From positions 128,001-192,000 of the forward strand of contig CAWVRN010000001.1 in the NCBI GenBank assembly GCA_963932905.1: a DNA stretch of 64,000 nucleotides, read 5' to 3'. Positions 27,387 to 37,060 of the stretch are shown here, piece by piece; position 1 is the first letter of the stretch, and every line of letters begins with the position of its first letter. This stretch comes from an uncultured Bdellovibrio sp. (GTDB taxonomy: Bacteria; Bdellovibrionota; Bdellovibrionia; Bdellovibrionales; Bdellovibrionaceae). The notes beneath the pieces are model-generated. The model was not told where the DNA came from. It did not search any database and saw only the letters and a program-made list of their open reading frames with translations. The position numbers and the translations under genes were made by a program.

Positions 27387-28923
27387 ACTCAGATCCTTTA
27401 GCCACTTTGTTTTCGTGAATTTCTAGGTAGTACTTGTTTTTGTTATTCACAAGGTGATCTACGCTTGATTTAGTCCAATTTAAAAAATGATTCGGTAGCA
27501 GTCCCATCCAAAATACTAGAATTAATAACGGCGCCATCACAACAATCTCGCGAAGATTCAAATCGTGGAGTGGATGATGTTCATCTTTTACCAGCTCACC
27601 TTTTTCACCGAAGAATACACGTTTAAACATCCACAACATATAAGCTGCACCCAAGACAACACCCGTCACTGCGAAGTAAGCATACACAGGAGCCGCTTTA
27701 AATGTGCCAAGAAGGATCAAGTATTCACCAATGAAACCGTTCGTTAATGGAACCGCAATTGATGACAGCGTAATGATGAAAAAGAAAATCGTAAATATTG
27801 GCAGTACTGATGCCAAACCACCGTATTTAGAAATTTCTCGTGAATGTGTTCGTTCATAAATCATACCGATTAACAAGAACAGGGCTCCGGTGGAAACACC
27901 GTGATTGAGCATTTGGTAGATACCACCTGTAATACCATACTGATTCAGCACAAATAGACCCACAATGATGTAACCCATATGCGATACGGAAGAGTACGCA
28001 ACAAGTTTCTTGATGTCTGGTTGAATCATCGCCACCAGAGCACCGTAAATAATTCCAATAACTCCAAGAGACAAGAACAACCATGACCAGTATTCTGTCG
28101 CATCTGGGAACAAAGGAATTACCCAACGTAAGAAACAGTATGTACCCATTTTTAACATCACACCCGCTAGAATCACTGAACCTGGAGTCGGCGCCTCAAC
28201 GTGGGCATCCGGCAGCCACGTGTGAACTGGCCAGATTGGCACTTTGATCGCAAAAGCTAAAGCAAATGCGAAGAACAGTAGTGTTTGCTGATTCATGAAC
28301 GTACCCGCCACAAACGGGATTTTAACTTTATAGAATTCTAATAAACTTGCGCTCATCACGCCCGTCGCCTGCTGAGTTAGATACATCATATAAATGATGG
28401 CTACTAACATCAGAACCGAGCCCGCCATCGTGAAGATAAAGAACTTGATCGTTGCATAAATTCGGCGAGCACCACCCCAAATACCAACCATGAAGTACAT
28501 TGGGATCAGAGACAATTCCCAGAAAACATAGAATAAAATTGCATCCATAGCTAAGAACGAGCCCAGCATGGCTGTTTGAAGAAGGAACAAACAAGAATGG
28601 AAACCTTTAATTTTAGTGTCGATTGATGTCCAAGACGCTAAGATGATGATCGGAGTGATGAACGTTGTAAGGATAACTAACCATAATGAAATACCATCGA
28701 TACCGACAAAGTATTGAATTCCAAATCGCTCGATCCATGTGAATTTCTCAACCAATTGCAGTCGCGCTGATCCCGGATCGAATTCATTTAAGATCATTAA
28801 GCTAATCAGAAACTCAATAATGGAAAACCCTAAAGCTAGGTGTCTTAGAGTTCTTTGCTGCGGCCAAAAAGCGATGAACACAGCAAACACAAGGGGTAGC
28901 AAAATTACGGTACTAAGAAGCAT
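27376..28923 (-). CDS. nuoM: NADH-quinone oxidoreductase subunit M
   Basis: FAIKVPIWPVHTWLPDAHVEAPT, KKLVAYSSVSHMG. Confidence 0.97.
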   Translation of the reverse strand: MLLSTVILLPLVFAVFIAFWPQQRTLRHLALGFSIIEFLISLMILNEFDPGSARLQLVEKFTWIERFGIQYFVGIDGISLWLVILTTFITPIIILASWTSIDTKIKGFHSCLFLLQTAMLGSFLAMDAILFYVFWELSLIPMYFMVGIWGGARRIYATIKFFIFTMAGSVLMLVAIIYMMYLTQQATGVMSASLLEFYKVKIPFVAGTFMNQQTLLFFAFALAFAIKVPIWPVHTWLPDAHVEAPTPGSVILAGVMLKMGTYCFLRWVIPLFPDATEYWSWLFLSLGVIGIIYGALVAMIQPDIKKLVAYSSVSHMGYIIVGLFVLNQYGITGGIYQMLNHGVSTGALFLLIGMIYERTHSREISKYGGLASVLPIFTIFFFIITLSSIAVPLTNGFIGEYLILLGTFKAAPVYAYFAVTGVVLGAAYMLWMFKRVFFGEKGELVKDEHHPLHDLNLREIVVMAPLLILVFWMGLLPNHFLNWTKSSVDHLVNNKNKYYLEIHENKVAKGSEYAN

Positions 28924-28938
28924 TTAAATCTCCAAAAT

Positions 28939-30870
28939 CTACTTAATTATAATAATTGAAAGCGCGATCACTAAACCGATAGCGATGTACATCGCATAGA
29001 CCTGCACGTTACCAGTTTGTAGAGAGCGCGTAACGCCGCCGCCACCTTTAATAAGGTCTGCGATGACATAAGTAATTTTATCAATGAAATTCACGTCGAT
29101 ATAAAACCAAACTTTTCTAGACAGTTCGATCAATGGATTGATGATTGTCTTAAAGTATAATTCGTCGACTAAGTATTTTTTAAATACTAATTCGTATAAA
29201 GGTTTAATTGAGTTAGCAATTTTACCCGGAATTTCTGGCGATTTAACGTAGAAATGATACGCGATAAACGCTGAAATCGAAGCAATACCCACGGATGCGC
29301 CCATCAAGCCCCATTCTAACGAGTGTTCTGCTTCTGTTAAATTCGGAATTGGTTTTAATACTGGGTGCAACCATTCCATCAAGTAATTTGGAATGTGGCC
29401 AAATGTATGACCGATAACTTCAGGAATACCGATCCATCCACCCACGACACTTAACACCGCTAGAACGATCAAAGGAATCGTCATTAAGGCTGGTGATTCA
29501 TGCGGATGAACTGTTTTAGGAACACGTGATTTGCCCCAGAATGTTAAGCACATTAAACGAGTCATGTAGAACGCCGTCATACCCGCACTCAGAGCACCGA
29601 TCGCCCACAACACCGGGTGACCCATTGGACTATGGAAACTCATCCATAAAATTTCATCTTTTGAAAAGAATCCCGCAAATGGAGGGATACCGATAATCGC
29701 TACCCAACCCAAGAAGAATGTCCAATGCGTAATCGGCATATATTTTTTCAAGCCGCCCATCTTGCGAATATCTTGCTCTTCGTGCATTGCGTGGATCACG
29801 CTACCAGAACCCAAGAACATCAAGGCTTTGAAGAATGCATGAGTCATCAAATGAAATAACCCAGCACCAAACGCGCCCACACCCACAGCTAAGAACATGT
29901 AGCCCAGCTGCGAAACGGTCGAGTACGCAAGTACCTTTTTAATATCCCACTGAGTGATACCGATACTGGCCGCCATCAATGCAGTTAATGCGCCAACAAT
30001 CGCGATCACTAACATTGTATTTGGTGTCACGATGAATATTGGATTTAAACGAACGATCATATAGATACCCGCAGTTACCATCGTCGCCGCATGGATAAGT
30101 GCAGAAACTGGCGTTGGACCCGCCATCGCATCAGGAAGCCAAACATACAATGGAATCTGTGCTGATTTGCCAGTTGCGCCCACGAATAGGAACATAGTTC
30201 CCATCGTCAAAGCCCCTAACCACGAAGTTTCTGCCGTTGTCGGCGCTAGTGCATTGATCTCTTGAATATTTAAGGTACCGAACATAGAAAACAACACGAA
30301 CATACCTAATAAGAAGGCTGCGTCACCCACGCGATTTGTGATGAAGGCTTTCATTCCTGCTGCCGCTTTATCTTTATCTGTGAACCAGAATCCGATTAAC
30401 AAATAACTGCAAAGACCAACGCCTTCCCAACCCACGAACATAGTTAGTAAACTGTCGCCTAAAACTAAAATTAACATGTTGAAAACGAATAAGTTTAGGT
30501 AGGCAAAGTATTTGGTTACGCCTTTATCGTGGTGCATGTATTCCGTAGAAAACATGTGAATCAATGTTCCCACACCCGTGATAATTAAGATCATGATACC
30601 GCTGATTTGATCGACATAAAAAGCCGCATCGACTTTAAATTTATCTACGTTTAACCATTCAAAGAATTTAACGTGAATTTTTCGTTGATCTGCCGGCAAT
30701 CCAATCAGTTCAGAGAACAATAAAACCGAACATATAAAAGATATAAATACCGCTGCTGTCGCAATTCCGCCCGAAATTTTATACGTAGGCTGTTTATAAC
30801 GAACACCGTTGATTAAGAAACCAACGAATGGACTTAATAACAATACGGCCATCAATATAGAGTGATCCAT
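28939..30870 (-). CDS. nuoL: NADH-quinone oxidoreductase subunit L
   Basis: GKSAQIPLYVWLPDAMAGPTPVSALIHAATMV, HAFFKAL. Confidence 0.97.
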   Translation of the reverse strand: MDHSILMAVLLLSPFVGFLINGVRYKQPTYKISGGIATAAVFISFICSVLLFSELIGLPADQRKIHVKFFEWLNVDKFKVDAAFYVDQISGIMILIITGVGTLIHMFSTEYMHHDKGVTKYFAYLNLFVFNMLILVLGDSLLTMFVGWEGVGLCSYLLIGFWFTDKDKAAAGMKAFITNRVGDAAFLLGMFVLFSMFGTLNIQEINALAPTTAETSWLGALTMGTMFLFVGATGKSAQIPLYVWLPDAMAGPTPVSALIHAATMVTAGIYMIVRLNPIFIVTPNTMLVIAIVGALTALMAASIGITQWDIKKVLAYSTVSQLGYMFLAVGVGAFGAGLFHLMTHAFFKALMFLGSGSVIHAMHEEQDIRKMGGLKKYMPITHWTFFLGWVAIIGIPPFAGFFSKDEILWMSFHSPMGHPVLWAIGALSAGMTAFYMTRLMCLTFWGKSRVPKTVHPHESPALMTIPLIVLAVLSVVGGWIGIPEVIGHTFGHIPNYLMEWLHPVLKPIPNLTEAEHSLEWGLMGASVGIASISAFIAYHFYVKSPEIPGKIANSIKPLYELVFKKYLVDELYFKTIINPLIELSRKVWFYIDVNFIDKITYVIADLIKGGGGVTRSLQTGNVQVYAMYIAIGLVIALSIIIIK

Positions 30871-30879
30871 CCTTAACCC

Positions 30880-31203
30880 CTATCCTCTTAAATGCTCGAA
30901 AAACTTAATGTTAACTTCTTTAAAGCGTTTGAAAATTGTAACTGCTAACGCTAATCCCACCGCGGCTTCTGCTGCGGCGATTGTCATCACGAAGAAAACC
31001 ATAATTTGGCCATCTACATTTTGTGTGTATTTGCTGAACGCGATAAACGAAATATTAACGGCATTTAACATTAACTCAACCGACATAAGGATAACGATCA
31101 CGTTACGTCTAAGTAAAACTCCAGCCATGCCGATTACAAATAAAATCGAAGATAAAACCAAGTAGTGATTAAGAGAAATATCGGTAAATACATTATTTTG
31201 CAT
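30880..31203 (-). CDS. nuoK: NADH-quinone oxidoreductase subunit K
   Basis: RRNVIVILMSVELMLN, AAAEAAVGLA. Confidence 0.97.
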   Translation of the reverse strand: MQNNVFTDISLNHYLVLSSILFVIGMAGVLLRRNVIVILMSVELMLNAVNISFIAFSKYTQNVDGQIMVFFVMTIAAAEAAVGLALAVTIFKRFKEVNIKFFEHLRG

Positions 31204-31759
31204 GGTGAGTTCCTCCGCGGCTACGAGCCAGCGCTACAGTTCCAACAGCGATTACAGTTAGCAACACGCCCAGGGCTTCAAATCCAAAGATGTGTTTCGA
31301 GAACAACACCATTCCAAGCTCTTTAGTCGAAGCATCTGGGGAATTTGATTTTTTCAGTTTTTGAACCTCCGCCAAATGAACGGCGTCTTTCGTCATTTCA
31401 CCAACGAATGATTTTTGACTCATGATAATTCCGCCAACGATCAATCCAGATAATAAACCCACTGAGATCAGTTTAATTGCACCGGATATTTTTCCTGACG
31501 AAAACGCCTGAATCTCGGCTTTAATATCAAACAACATCAAAACCATGACGAATAAAACCATCACGGCACCAGCGTAAACGATTAGCTGCACACCCGCGAT
31601 GAAGAAGGCTTGCAAAGTGATAAAAATAGCGGCCACGCCAACCATGGTCATAGCCAAAGATAATGCTGAATAAATGGGGTTGGTAAAAAGCAACACCGCC
31701 AAGCCACTTCCGATAATCAAGAGGGCCAGAAACCAAAAAAGAAAAACATCAGGGGTCAT
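31193..31759 (-). CDS. nuoJ: NADH-quinone oxidoreductase subunit J
   Basis: QLIVYAGAVMVLFVMVLM, FEALGVLL. Confidence 0.95.
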   Translation of the reverse strand: MTPDVFLFWFLALLIIGSGLAVLLFTNPIYSALSLAMTMVGVAAIFITLQAFFIAGVQLIVYAGAVMVLFVMVLMLFDIKAEIQAFSSGKISGAIKLISVGLLSGLIVGGIIMSQKSFVGEMTKDAVHLAEVQKLKKSNSPDASTKELGMVLFSKHIFGFEALGVLLTVIAVGTVALARSRGGTHHAK

Positions 31760-31775
31760 TCCACTACTCCGTTGT

Positions 31776-32894
31776 TTAAGAAACCAAAAATATTACTAGT
31801 GCCGTAAGGATGGTGTTGCCAAGCGCCCAAGGCAGCATAGTTTTCCAGCCCAAATCCATCAATTGATCGTATCTGAATCGCGGAAGAGTCCAACGAACCC
31901 AAATAAAAATCCATAAAAACAATACAAATTTGATCAAGAAGCTTAAAAAATGCACTAGCGTTGTAATCACACTAATGGTCGCTGCTGATTCAGTTAAGCC
32001 GCCAGCCCATTGTCGAACGTCATCGACGGTGACACCCGGAATACCGTATCCACCAAAGAAGAAAATGATCATAAGTGCCGAGCCCAACATCATATGACCG
32101 TACTCACCGATGAAGAACATAAGCATCTTAAAGCCGCCGTATTCCGTATGGAAACCCGCCACGATTTCAGCCTCACCCTCGGCCAAGTCGAATGGCAAAC
32201 GGTTGGATTCCGCAAAGGTTGCCGCAAAGAATATAATTGCCGCCAAAGGTTGATAGAAAATACCCCAGTTGGGTAAGAATGCTGACGAAACCGTGTGACC
32301 AAACGCTTTGAAAGTCAGGGGTCCCTGTTGAGCATTGATCATTTCAGTTAAATTGAAAGTTCCGAAAAGCAGAATCACGCCCACGATTGAAAGGCCAAGA
32401 GCTAATTCATAACTAATGACCTGAGCGCTGGCACGCAAAGCGCCAAGCAATGAAAACTTACTGGCCGATCCCCAGCCCGCCATCAAAATAGTGTAGGCTG
32501 CTAAAGAAGAAACACCCAAAACATAAACGATACCCACGTTCATATCGTAGCCTTGAATTTTAAATACATAGCCACCAATTTCTAAGGGTACCGACATCGG
32601 GATTGCAGCAAAAGCTAAAGTTGCCGGAATCAACGCAAACACCGGAGCCGCGTAGAACAACGGTCTGATCGCTTTATCAGGAGCGAAATCTTCTTTCGTT
32701 AAGAATTTAACCGCATCAGCCAACAACTGTAAAAGACCTAGCGGCCCTACGCGATTTGGACCGAAACGATTTTGAATAAACGCAGATCCGCGGCGCTCTA
32801 CCCAAACTAAAATAGGTACGGCCTGTACCATCATTAAGAAAATCAAAACTAGTTTGATACAATTTATCGTGATTTCAAAAACGTCTTGTCCCAT
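31776..32894 (-). CDS. nuoH: NADH-quinone oxidoreductase subunit H
   Basis: ERRGSAFIQNRFGPNRVG, AESNRLPFDLAEGE, RWTLPRFRYDQL. Confidence 0.97.
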   Translation of the reverse strand: MGQDVFEITINCIKLVLIFLMMVQAVPILVWVERRGSAFIQNRFGPNRVGPLGLLQLLADAVKFLTKEDFAPDKAIRPLFYAAPVFALIPATLAFAAIPMSVPLEIGGYVFKIQGYDMNVGIVYVLGVSSLAAYTILMAGWGSASKFSLLGALRASAQVISYELALGLSIVGVILLFGTFNLTEMINAQQGPLTFKAFGHTVSSAFLPNWGIFYQPLAAIIFFAATFAESNRLPFDLAEGEAEIVAGFHTEYGGFKMLMFFIGEYGHMMLGSALMIIFFFGGYGIPGVTVDDVRQWAGGLTESAATISVITTLVHFLSFLIKFVLFLWIFIWVRWTLPRFRYDQLMDLGWKTMLPWALGNTILTALVIFLVS

Positions 32895-32906
32895 TGAAGT
32901 CCCCTA

Positions 32907-33296
32907 CTAGTCCCACTCTAAGGCTTTAGATTTAATTTCCCAGAATAACCCGAAGATAAATATCGCTAAGAATATCATCATTGATGTGAACACAAATGCG
33001 CCTTGGCCCGTGCTGATGAAATCACGGAACGTAATCGCCCAAGGGTACATGAAAATAATTTCGATATCGAAAAGAATGAATAAGATCGCCGTTAGATAGA
33101 ACTTTACAGAAACTTTAGTTTCGCGTTTTTCTTGGCCCGGAATACCGCACTCATAGATATCTCGCTTAGCTGCCGAGTTGTTTTTGCGTTGTCCGCCAAT
33201 AGCTCGCGCTAGGAAAATTAAAAAAGTTCCAAATATAGCCAAAAAAACTGTTAAAAATATGACGCCACCTAATGGCATTCCCGACGCTTCCGCCAT
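32907..33296 (-). CDS. nuoA: NADH-quinone oxidoreductase subunit A
   Basis: YECG, FYLTAILFILFDIE, ALEW; start at ATG 33296 after AAGGAG (the ORF-track extension overlaps mfd). Confidence 0.95.
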   Translation of the reverse strand: MAEASGMPLGGVIFLTVFLAIFGTFLIFLARAIGGQRKNNSAAKRDIYECGIPGQEKRETKVSVKFYLTAILFILFDIEIIFMYPWAITFRDFISTGQGAFVFTSMMIFLAIFIFGLFWEIKSKALEWD

Positions 33297-33412
33297 CGCC
33301 CCACTCCTTGCCGATACAGGTCCAAAAAAAGACACGTGCAAACTAAATTTATACTTGTCATTACATATATTTCCAAGAAATATATCTGAACGGTTTAACT
33401 GGGTGCGTAGCG

Positions 33413-36400
33413 ATGAGTTTTGAAACTTTGAATCCACATTTAGAATCACAAATTGAGCGCGTCGTTGCCGACAAGGGAACCGGTTCAAAAGTTTCGATCA
33501 TCGGGTCGTCCTCGCTGCTATCGATTGCCTATTTTATAGCCTTTTCAAGTTCGCGTCGCCTGAATCAACAGCCGCATTTATTTGTTCTACCTAAAGAGTC
33601 CGACTGCTCTAAACTAGCGAATGCGATTGAGTTTTTTGATCCGAACAAAAAGGTATACACCCTAACCGAGTTTGATGTATCGCCGTATTCAGGACTCTAT
33701 CCATCACCTCAAGTTTTAAAAGATCGTCTACATTTTTTAAGTCGAGCACAAAACGCAAAACCCGGTGAAGTATTTATTGCTTCTTTTTTAGGCCTTCATC
33801 AAAAGACGATGCCTGTTGATGTGCTCATTGAAACCACAAAATTGTTCAAGATTGGCGATAGTTTACCTGAAAATCTATCCGGCTATTTATCGGATCTTGG
33901 TTATGAATCCGCTCCAATGGTCGAAGATGTCGGTCAATTTGCTATTCGTGGTGGAATTGTGGATATATTTTCACCCGGTGAAAAGAAGCCCGTTCGTGTT
34001 GAGTTGTTTGGCGATCAAATTGAAACTTTGCGATTTTTTTCTACAGATTCTTTGAAAAGCGAAGCTGAAATTACCTCGTTCTTACTAACGCCGGCAAAAG
34101 AAACCCTGTATGTTGATGGTGAATATGAAAACATCGTGCCGCGGTTTAAGAAAACGACGGCTGGTCGTGATCTACGACATGAAGAAATAGACGATCTAAG
34201 TCGATCACTCGTTCAAAAAAGCTATTTTCCAGGCATTGAGTTTTTAATCTCCAGTTTTTATGAAAACCCGTCTCTGCCTGTTGAGCACTTTTCGGCTAAA
34301 CCCTGGGTTTGGTTTGTGGACCCTCTTGAAATGCATAGAATCAGTGACGATGCACTTGCCGAATTAAAGAACGATTTCAAAAATTCAACAAAGACTCTTA
34401 TTCGTCCGGCCTTAGAAGAATTCTTTTCTGAAAAGTGGTTAGCGGGAGCTGGCTCACAAGAATTGAATTTGGATCTGGGTTTTGAAACTCAAGAATTCTA
34501 TTTTTCAAATATTGATTTCAATTCCAGCGCGATGATTTCAGGCGAAGCAGCAAGTAATCGATTGGATTATCGATCATTCACCGTTCAAGAGTTTTCTAAT
34601 TTATCCATTGCTTCCACCGTTGGGAGCGAAGCTTGGACGCTAGCTTTACAAAATAAATTAACGCAGTGGAAGCGTGATCATTATCGCGTTTTTGTTAGCT
34701 TAAGAAATGCGACGCAAGCAGAACGATTAAAAAATTATATTGAAAATATGGATTTTGAATTTCGTCGTGTATCAGCAGACGATTACAAATGGGATACGTT
34801 TTTATCTGAACAAAATCAAAACCCAAAAATTATTCATTTCTTGCAACGACCTTGCTTTGAAAGTTTACGCATTGAAGATGAAAAAATTATTTTCCTTCGC
34901 GAAGAAGATTTTTTTGGCAAGAAAAGTCGATCCAGCAGTTTATCTTCTTCTGATGAATTTCAGAAGCAGGCCAAGCGTTTAAATTTTGGTGACTTAAAAC
35001 CCGGCGATTTGGTCGTTCATATTAAACATGGTATTGGTCAGTATGAAGGACTTAAGGTCATGCCGGTTAATGGTGTTGATTCTGAATTCATACAGCTTTC
35101 GTACAAAGAAAAAGATAAACTGTATCTTCCCGTCTATCGCGTTGGACAGCTTCAGAAATATTCAGGCACTGCTGGCGCCATACCGCTGGATAAATTGGGC
35201 GGAACGTCTTGGGAAAAAACAAAAATCAAAGTTAAGAGTCATCTTAAAGATATCGCCAGTGAACTTTTGGCATTGTATGCAAAACGCGCTGAAATTCAGC
35301 GACCTGCTTTTTCTTTAAACGATAAGGAAATTCAAAAATTTGAATTTGGTTTCCCGTACGAGGAAACAGAGGACCAACAACGTTCGATCGACGATATCTA
35401 CAAAGATATGAAATCTACGAAACCAATGGATCGCCTAGTCTGCGGCGATGTGGGCTTCGGAAAAACTGAAGTGGCCATGCGGGCCGTGTTTTTTGCTATC
35501 GAAAGCAAGAAACAAGTAGCTGTTCTTGCGCCAACAACCGTACTTAGTTTTCAACATTTCGAGAATTTTAAAAGACGTTTTAAAGATTGGCCAGAAGTTA
35601 GAATTCGGGAGCTCAATCGATTTGTAAGTAATACGGACGCCAAGAAAACATTAGTCGAATTAAAAGAAGGCAAAGTTGATATCTTGATTGGAACTCATCG
35701 CCTGTTTTCAAAAGATGTAGTTTTCAAAGACCTTGGTTTACTTGTTGTCGATGAAGAACAAAAATTTGGCGTCCTTCATAAAGAAAAAATTAAAAAACTA
35801 AAAGCGACGGTAGACACGTTAACTTTATCCGCAACACCAATCCCAAGAACATTGAACATGAGTCTTGTAGGTATTCGCGATTTAAGTTTAATCAACACAG
35901 CTCCGGTAGACCGCCTTCCCACGCGAACATTTATTTGCAAGTGGGAAGAAGAAACGATTCGTAAAGCCATCGAATCAGAAGTTCATCGTGGTGGACAGAT
36001 TTATTTCGTGCACAATCGCGTGCAAACTATTTACGGCATTGCCGATGAACTGCGTGCTCTATTACCAAATGTCCGAATGAAAGTAGCTCATGGACAAATG
36101 CCAGAAGAAGAACTGGAAAAAACAATGCTTGCGTTCTTTAATCACGAAATTGATATGCTAATTAGTACCGCGATCGTTGAATCAGGAATGGACGTGTCAC
36201 GTGCTAATACAATGTTTATCGATCAGGCCCATATGTTTGGTTTATCGCAGCTCTATCAATTACGTGGACGCGTAGGCCGATCGAAACAACGTGCTTATTG
36301 CTACTTGTTATTGCCGCGTGCTCGTCAGCTAGATAAAGATGCGCAAGAACGATTAAAAATCATTCAGGAAAACACACAGCTCGGTAGCGGTATTAAAATT

Positions 36401-37060
36401 GCTCAGTACGATTTAGAATTGCGTGGATCAGGAAATATACTGGGTGACGAGCAATCGGGTCATGTAAACACCGTCGGATATGAATTATATATGGATCTAT
36501 TAAACGAAGCTCTGGCAACGGCTCGTGGAGAAGAACCAGAAGATGATTTAGATCCGGAAATTAATTTAAAAATTCCTGCAATGATTCCGGATAAATATAT
36601 TCCAGATATTCGCATGCGCTTAAGCTACTACAAAGCATTGGCAGAAATTAAGTTCGAAGAAGATGTAGAGAAAATTGAAGACGAATTAAAAGATCAATTT
36701 GGCGCTCTTCCAGAACCAGTAGTAAATTTAATCGGCGTAATGTTGGTTAGAAAACTGTGCAAAGACCTTGGTGTTCGCGATGTCAGTGCGGGAATCAACA
36801 AAGTATCTTTGATCTTCAGCGATAAAACAAAACTCTCTCCGCAGGACGCTATTAAACTAGCGGCTCGTGAGCCAAAAAAATATTCGATTATGCCGGATAG
36901 CCGTTTAAATATCAGAATGGAAGTTATCAATTGGTCCGCCGTGTACGAAGAATTAAAATATCTTCTTTCTGTCAGTGACGGTAACGATCCAAAAGATCCA
37001 TCGGCGAAAGCGCAAGATAAAAACAAGTCGCTGATTCGCCGAATGAGTATCTTTAATTAG
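33413..37060 (+). CDS. mfd: Transcription-repair coupling factor Mfd
   Basis: UvrB-like module (RGGIVDIF), RID, GDVGFGKTEVA, DEEQ, QLRGRVGR, TRCF C-terminal domain. Confidence 0.98.
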   Translation: MSFETLNPHLESQIERVVADKGTGSKVSIIGSSSLLSIAYFIAFSSSRRLNQQPHLFVLPKESDCSKLANAIEFFDPNKKVYTLTEFDVSPYSGLYPSPQVLKDRLHFLSRAQNAKPGEVFIASFLGLHQKTMPVDVLIETTKLFKIGDSLPENLSGYLSDLGYESAPMVEDVGQFAIRGGIVDIFSPGEKKPVRVELFGDQIETLRFFSTDSLKSEAEITSFLLTPAKETLYVDGEYENIVPRFKKTTAGRDLRHEEIDDLSRSLVQKSYFPGIEFLISSFYENPSLPVEHFSAKPWVWFVDPLEMHRISDDALAELKNDFKNSTKTLIRPALEEFFSEKWLAGAGSQELNLDLGFETQEFYFSNIDFNSSAMISGEAASNRLDYRSFTVQEFSNLSIASTVGSEAWTLALQNKLTQWKRDHYRVFVSLRNATQAERLKNYIENMDFEFRRVSADDYKWDTFLSEQNQNPKIIHFLQRPCFESLRIEDEKIIFLREEDFFGKKSRSSSLSSSDEFQKQAKRLNFGDLKPGDLVVHIKHGIGQYEGLKVMPVNGVDSEFIQLSYKEKDKLYLPVYRVGQLQKYSGTAGAIPLDKLGGTSWEKTKIKVKSHLKDIASELLALYAKRAEIQRPAFSLNDKEIQKFEFGFPYEETEDQQRSIDDIYKDMKSTKPMDRLVCGDVGFGKTEVAMRAVFFAIESKKQVAVLAPTTVLSFQHFENFKRRFKDWPEVRIRELNRFVSNTDAKKTLVELKEGKVDILIGTHRLFSKDVVFKDLGLLVVDEEQKFGVLHKEKIKKLKATVDTLTLSATPIPRTLNMSLVGIRDLSLINTAPVDRLPTRTFICKWEEETIRKAIESEVHRGGQIYFVHNRVQTIYGIADELRALLPNVRMKVAHGQMPEEELEKTMLAFFNHEIDMLISTAIVESGMDVSRANTMFIDQAHMFGLSQLYQLRGRVGRSKQRAYCYLLLPRARQLDKDAQERLKIIQENTQLGSGIKIAQYDLELRGSGNILGDEQSGHVNTVGYELYMDLLNEALATARGEEPEDDLDPEINLKIPAMIPDKYIPDIRMRLSYYKALAEIKFEEDVEKIEDELKDQFGALPEPVVNLIGVMLVRKLCKDLGVRDVSAGINKVSLIFSDKTKLSPQDAIKLAAREPKKYSIMPDSRLNIRMEVINWSAVYEELKYLLSVSDGNDPKDPSAKAQDKNKSLIRRMSIFN

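Noticed and set aside
33297..33488. N-terminal extension of nuoA in the ORF track
   Set aside because: Overlaps mfd on the opposite strand; an RBS supports ATG 33296
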